A DNA stretch of 24,000 nt from Providencia rettgeri (GTDB lineage: Bacteria > Pseudomonadota > Gammaproteobacteria > Enterobacterales > Enterobacteriaceae): contig UGTZ01000001.1 in assembly GCA_900455085.1 (NCBI GenBank), forward strand, positions 3,804,661-3,828,660. Reading direction: 5' to 3'. The notes below the pieces were generated by a model. The model saw nothing but the letters and a program-made list of their open reading frames with translations, was not told the DNA's origin and did no database searches. This document shows positions 22,390 to 24,000 of the stretch, one piece after another. The position numbers were made by a program, and so were the translations under genes. How positions within the stretch are numbered: position 1 is the first letter of the stretch; the number at the start of each line of letters is the position of its first letter.

Positions 22390-23815
22390 ATGTCAAACAA
22401 TACTCGTATCGAAGAAGACCTGTTAGGTAAAAAAGAAGTTCCAGCTGATGCCTATTATGGTGTTCATACTCTGCGTGCGATTGAAAACTTTTATATCAGC
22501 GACCGCACCATTAACGATGTCCCAGAATTTATTCGTGGCATGGTTATGGTTAAAAAAGCGGCGGCTTTAGCCAACAAAGAACAGCACACTATTCCACGTA
22601 ATATCGCGGATACCATCATCAAAGCGTGTGACGTTGTTCTAAATGAAGGCAAATGCATGGACCAATTCCCGGTTGACGTATTCCAAGGTGGTGCGGGCAC
22701 ATCACTGAACATGAATACCAACGAGGTTCTAGCAAACATCGGTCTTGAACTGATGGGTCATAAAAAAGGTGAGTATGAATTCTTAAATCCAAATGACCAC
22801 CTGAACAAAAGTCAATCCACTAACGATGCATACCCTACAGGGTTCCGTATCGCAGTGTATAATTCTATATTGAAGTTAATTGAGTCTGTTGAATACCTGA
22901 AAAAAGGCTTTGAAGCTAAAGCTGAAGAATACAAAGACATTCTGAAAATGGGTCGTACCCAGCTGCAGGATGCCGTTCCAATGACTGTCGGCCAAGAATT
23001 CCATGCTTTCGCTACTCTCTTAAAAGAAGAAGAGAAAAACTTAAAACGCAGCATTGAATTACTACTCGAAGTTAACTTGGGCGCAACTGCTATTGGTACA
23101 GGCCTGAATACTGCTCCTGGTTACTCAGAACTTGCAGTTAAAAAATTAGCAGAAGTGACTGGTCTACCATGCGTTCCAGCAGAAGACTTAATCGAAGCAA
23201 CCTCTGACTGTGGTGCTTACATCACTGTTCATGCAGGCTTAAAACGTCTAGCGATGAAACTGTCTAAAATTTGTAACGACTTACGTCTGCTATCTTCAGG
23301 TCCTCGCGCTGGCCTTAAAGAAATCAACTTACCTGAGTTACAAGCTGGTTCGTCTATCATGCCAGCAAAAGTTAACCCTGTTATTCCTGAAGTCGTCAAC
23401 CAAGCATGTTTCAAAGTTATTGGTAATGATATCTGTGTAACGATGGCTGCTGAAGCAGGTCAATTACAATTAAACGTAATGGAACCAGCGATTGGCCAAG
23501 CGATGTTCGAGTCTATCTCTCTGATGAGCAACGCATGTCGTAACCTGCAAGAAAAATGTATTAGCGGCATTACTGTGAACAAAGAAATCTGTGAAGCATT
23601 TGTATTTAACTCCATCGGTATCGTCACTTATCTGAACCCATTCATTGGTCACCATAATGGTGATATCGTGGGTAAAATCTGTGCTGAAACTGGTAAGAGC
23701 GTACGCGAAGTTGTTTTTAGAACGCGGTTTACTGACTGAAGCAGAACTGGATGATATTTTCTCTGTTGAGAACTTAAAACACCCAGCTTATAAAGCAAAA
23801 CGCTTTGATGACTAA
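22390..23815 (+). CDS. aspA: Aspartate ammonia-lyase AspA, one +1 frameshift in the T run 23714-23718
   Basis: [37 protein letters not shown]...; correction gives [36 protein letters not shown]. Confidence 0.97.
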
Positions 23816-23849
23816 AAATTTATGTTTATCATAAATAATACTTAAAAAT

Positions 23850-23885
23850 AAAGGCACGCCTCTCAACAGAAAGCGTGCCTTTTTT
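23850..23885 (+). terminator. aspA rho-independent terminator
   Basis: AAAGGCACGC...GCGTGCCTTTTTT. Confidence 0.88.
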
Positions 23886-23959
23886 GATTAATACACACAC
23901 AAATAATTAACATAACAGTTTCATAATTTTAATTTTCATTTTGTCGAGGAGTAAACACT

Positions 23960-24000
23960 ATGTTAGCCGTAGAATTTATTATTGTTCTGCTGGCCATCTT
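23960..24000 (+). CDS. dcuA: Anaerobic C4-dicarboxylate transporter DcuA, 5' fragment
   Basis: ATG at 23960 encodes MLAVEFIIVLLAI..., matching the DcuA N-terminus, downstream of aspA as in E. coli. Confidence 0.82.
   Translation, partial: MLAVEFIIVLLAI

Noticed and set aside
22491-23655. Minus-strand ORFs opposite aspA
   Set aside because: Antisense to conserved coding sequence with no family resemblance.

Overview
Chromosomal segment from a Morganellaceae-like gamma-proteobacterium (probably Providencia; inferred from protein character and synteny, not tested). The backbone resembles the E. coli epmA-frdABCD ... sugE-efp-epmB-yjeI-groEL/groES-fxsA-aspA-dcuA neighbourhood. Where E. coli carries ampC/blc after frdD, this window has accessory cargo: a tetR/tetA class D-like pair with two tet operators, a TetR/AcrR-type regulator, and a minus-strand array of three LuxR-type HTH regulators interleaved with two MHS-like MFS transporters. 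A small Ner/SfsB-like regulator follows. Between sugE and efp lie eamA and btsT-yjiX. RNA and regulatory elements read from the sequence include a mini-ykkC (guanidine-II) riboswitch upstream of sugE, a sigma32-type promoter overlapping a perfect 13-bp inverted repeat upstream of groES, a perfect TGTGA-N6-TCACA CRP box upstream of aspA, and several hairpin terminators. Many conserved genes (epmA, frdA, frdB, frdC, aspA, btsT, eamA, tetA, tetR) carry 1-nt indels, often in short homopolymers. This points to sequence or assembly error more than genuine pseudogenes. The best candidate for an undescribed system is the LuxR/MFS array: two regulators have nearly identical C-terminal HTH regions but clearly diverged N-terminal domains, and each lies next to its own transporter.
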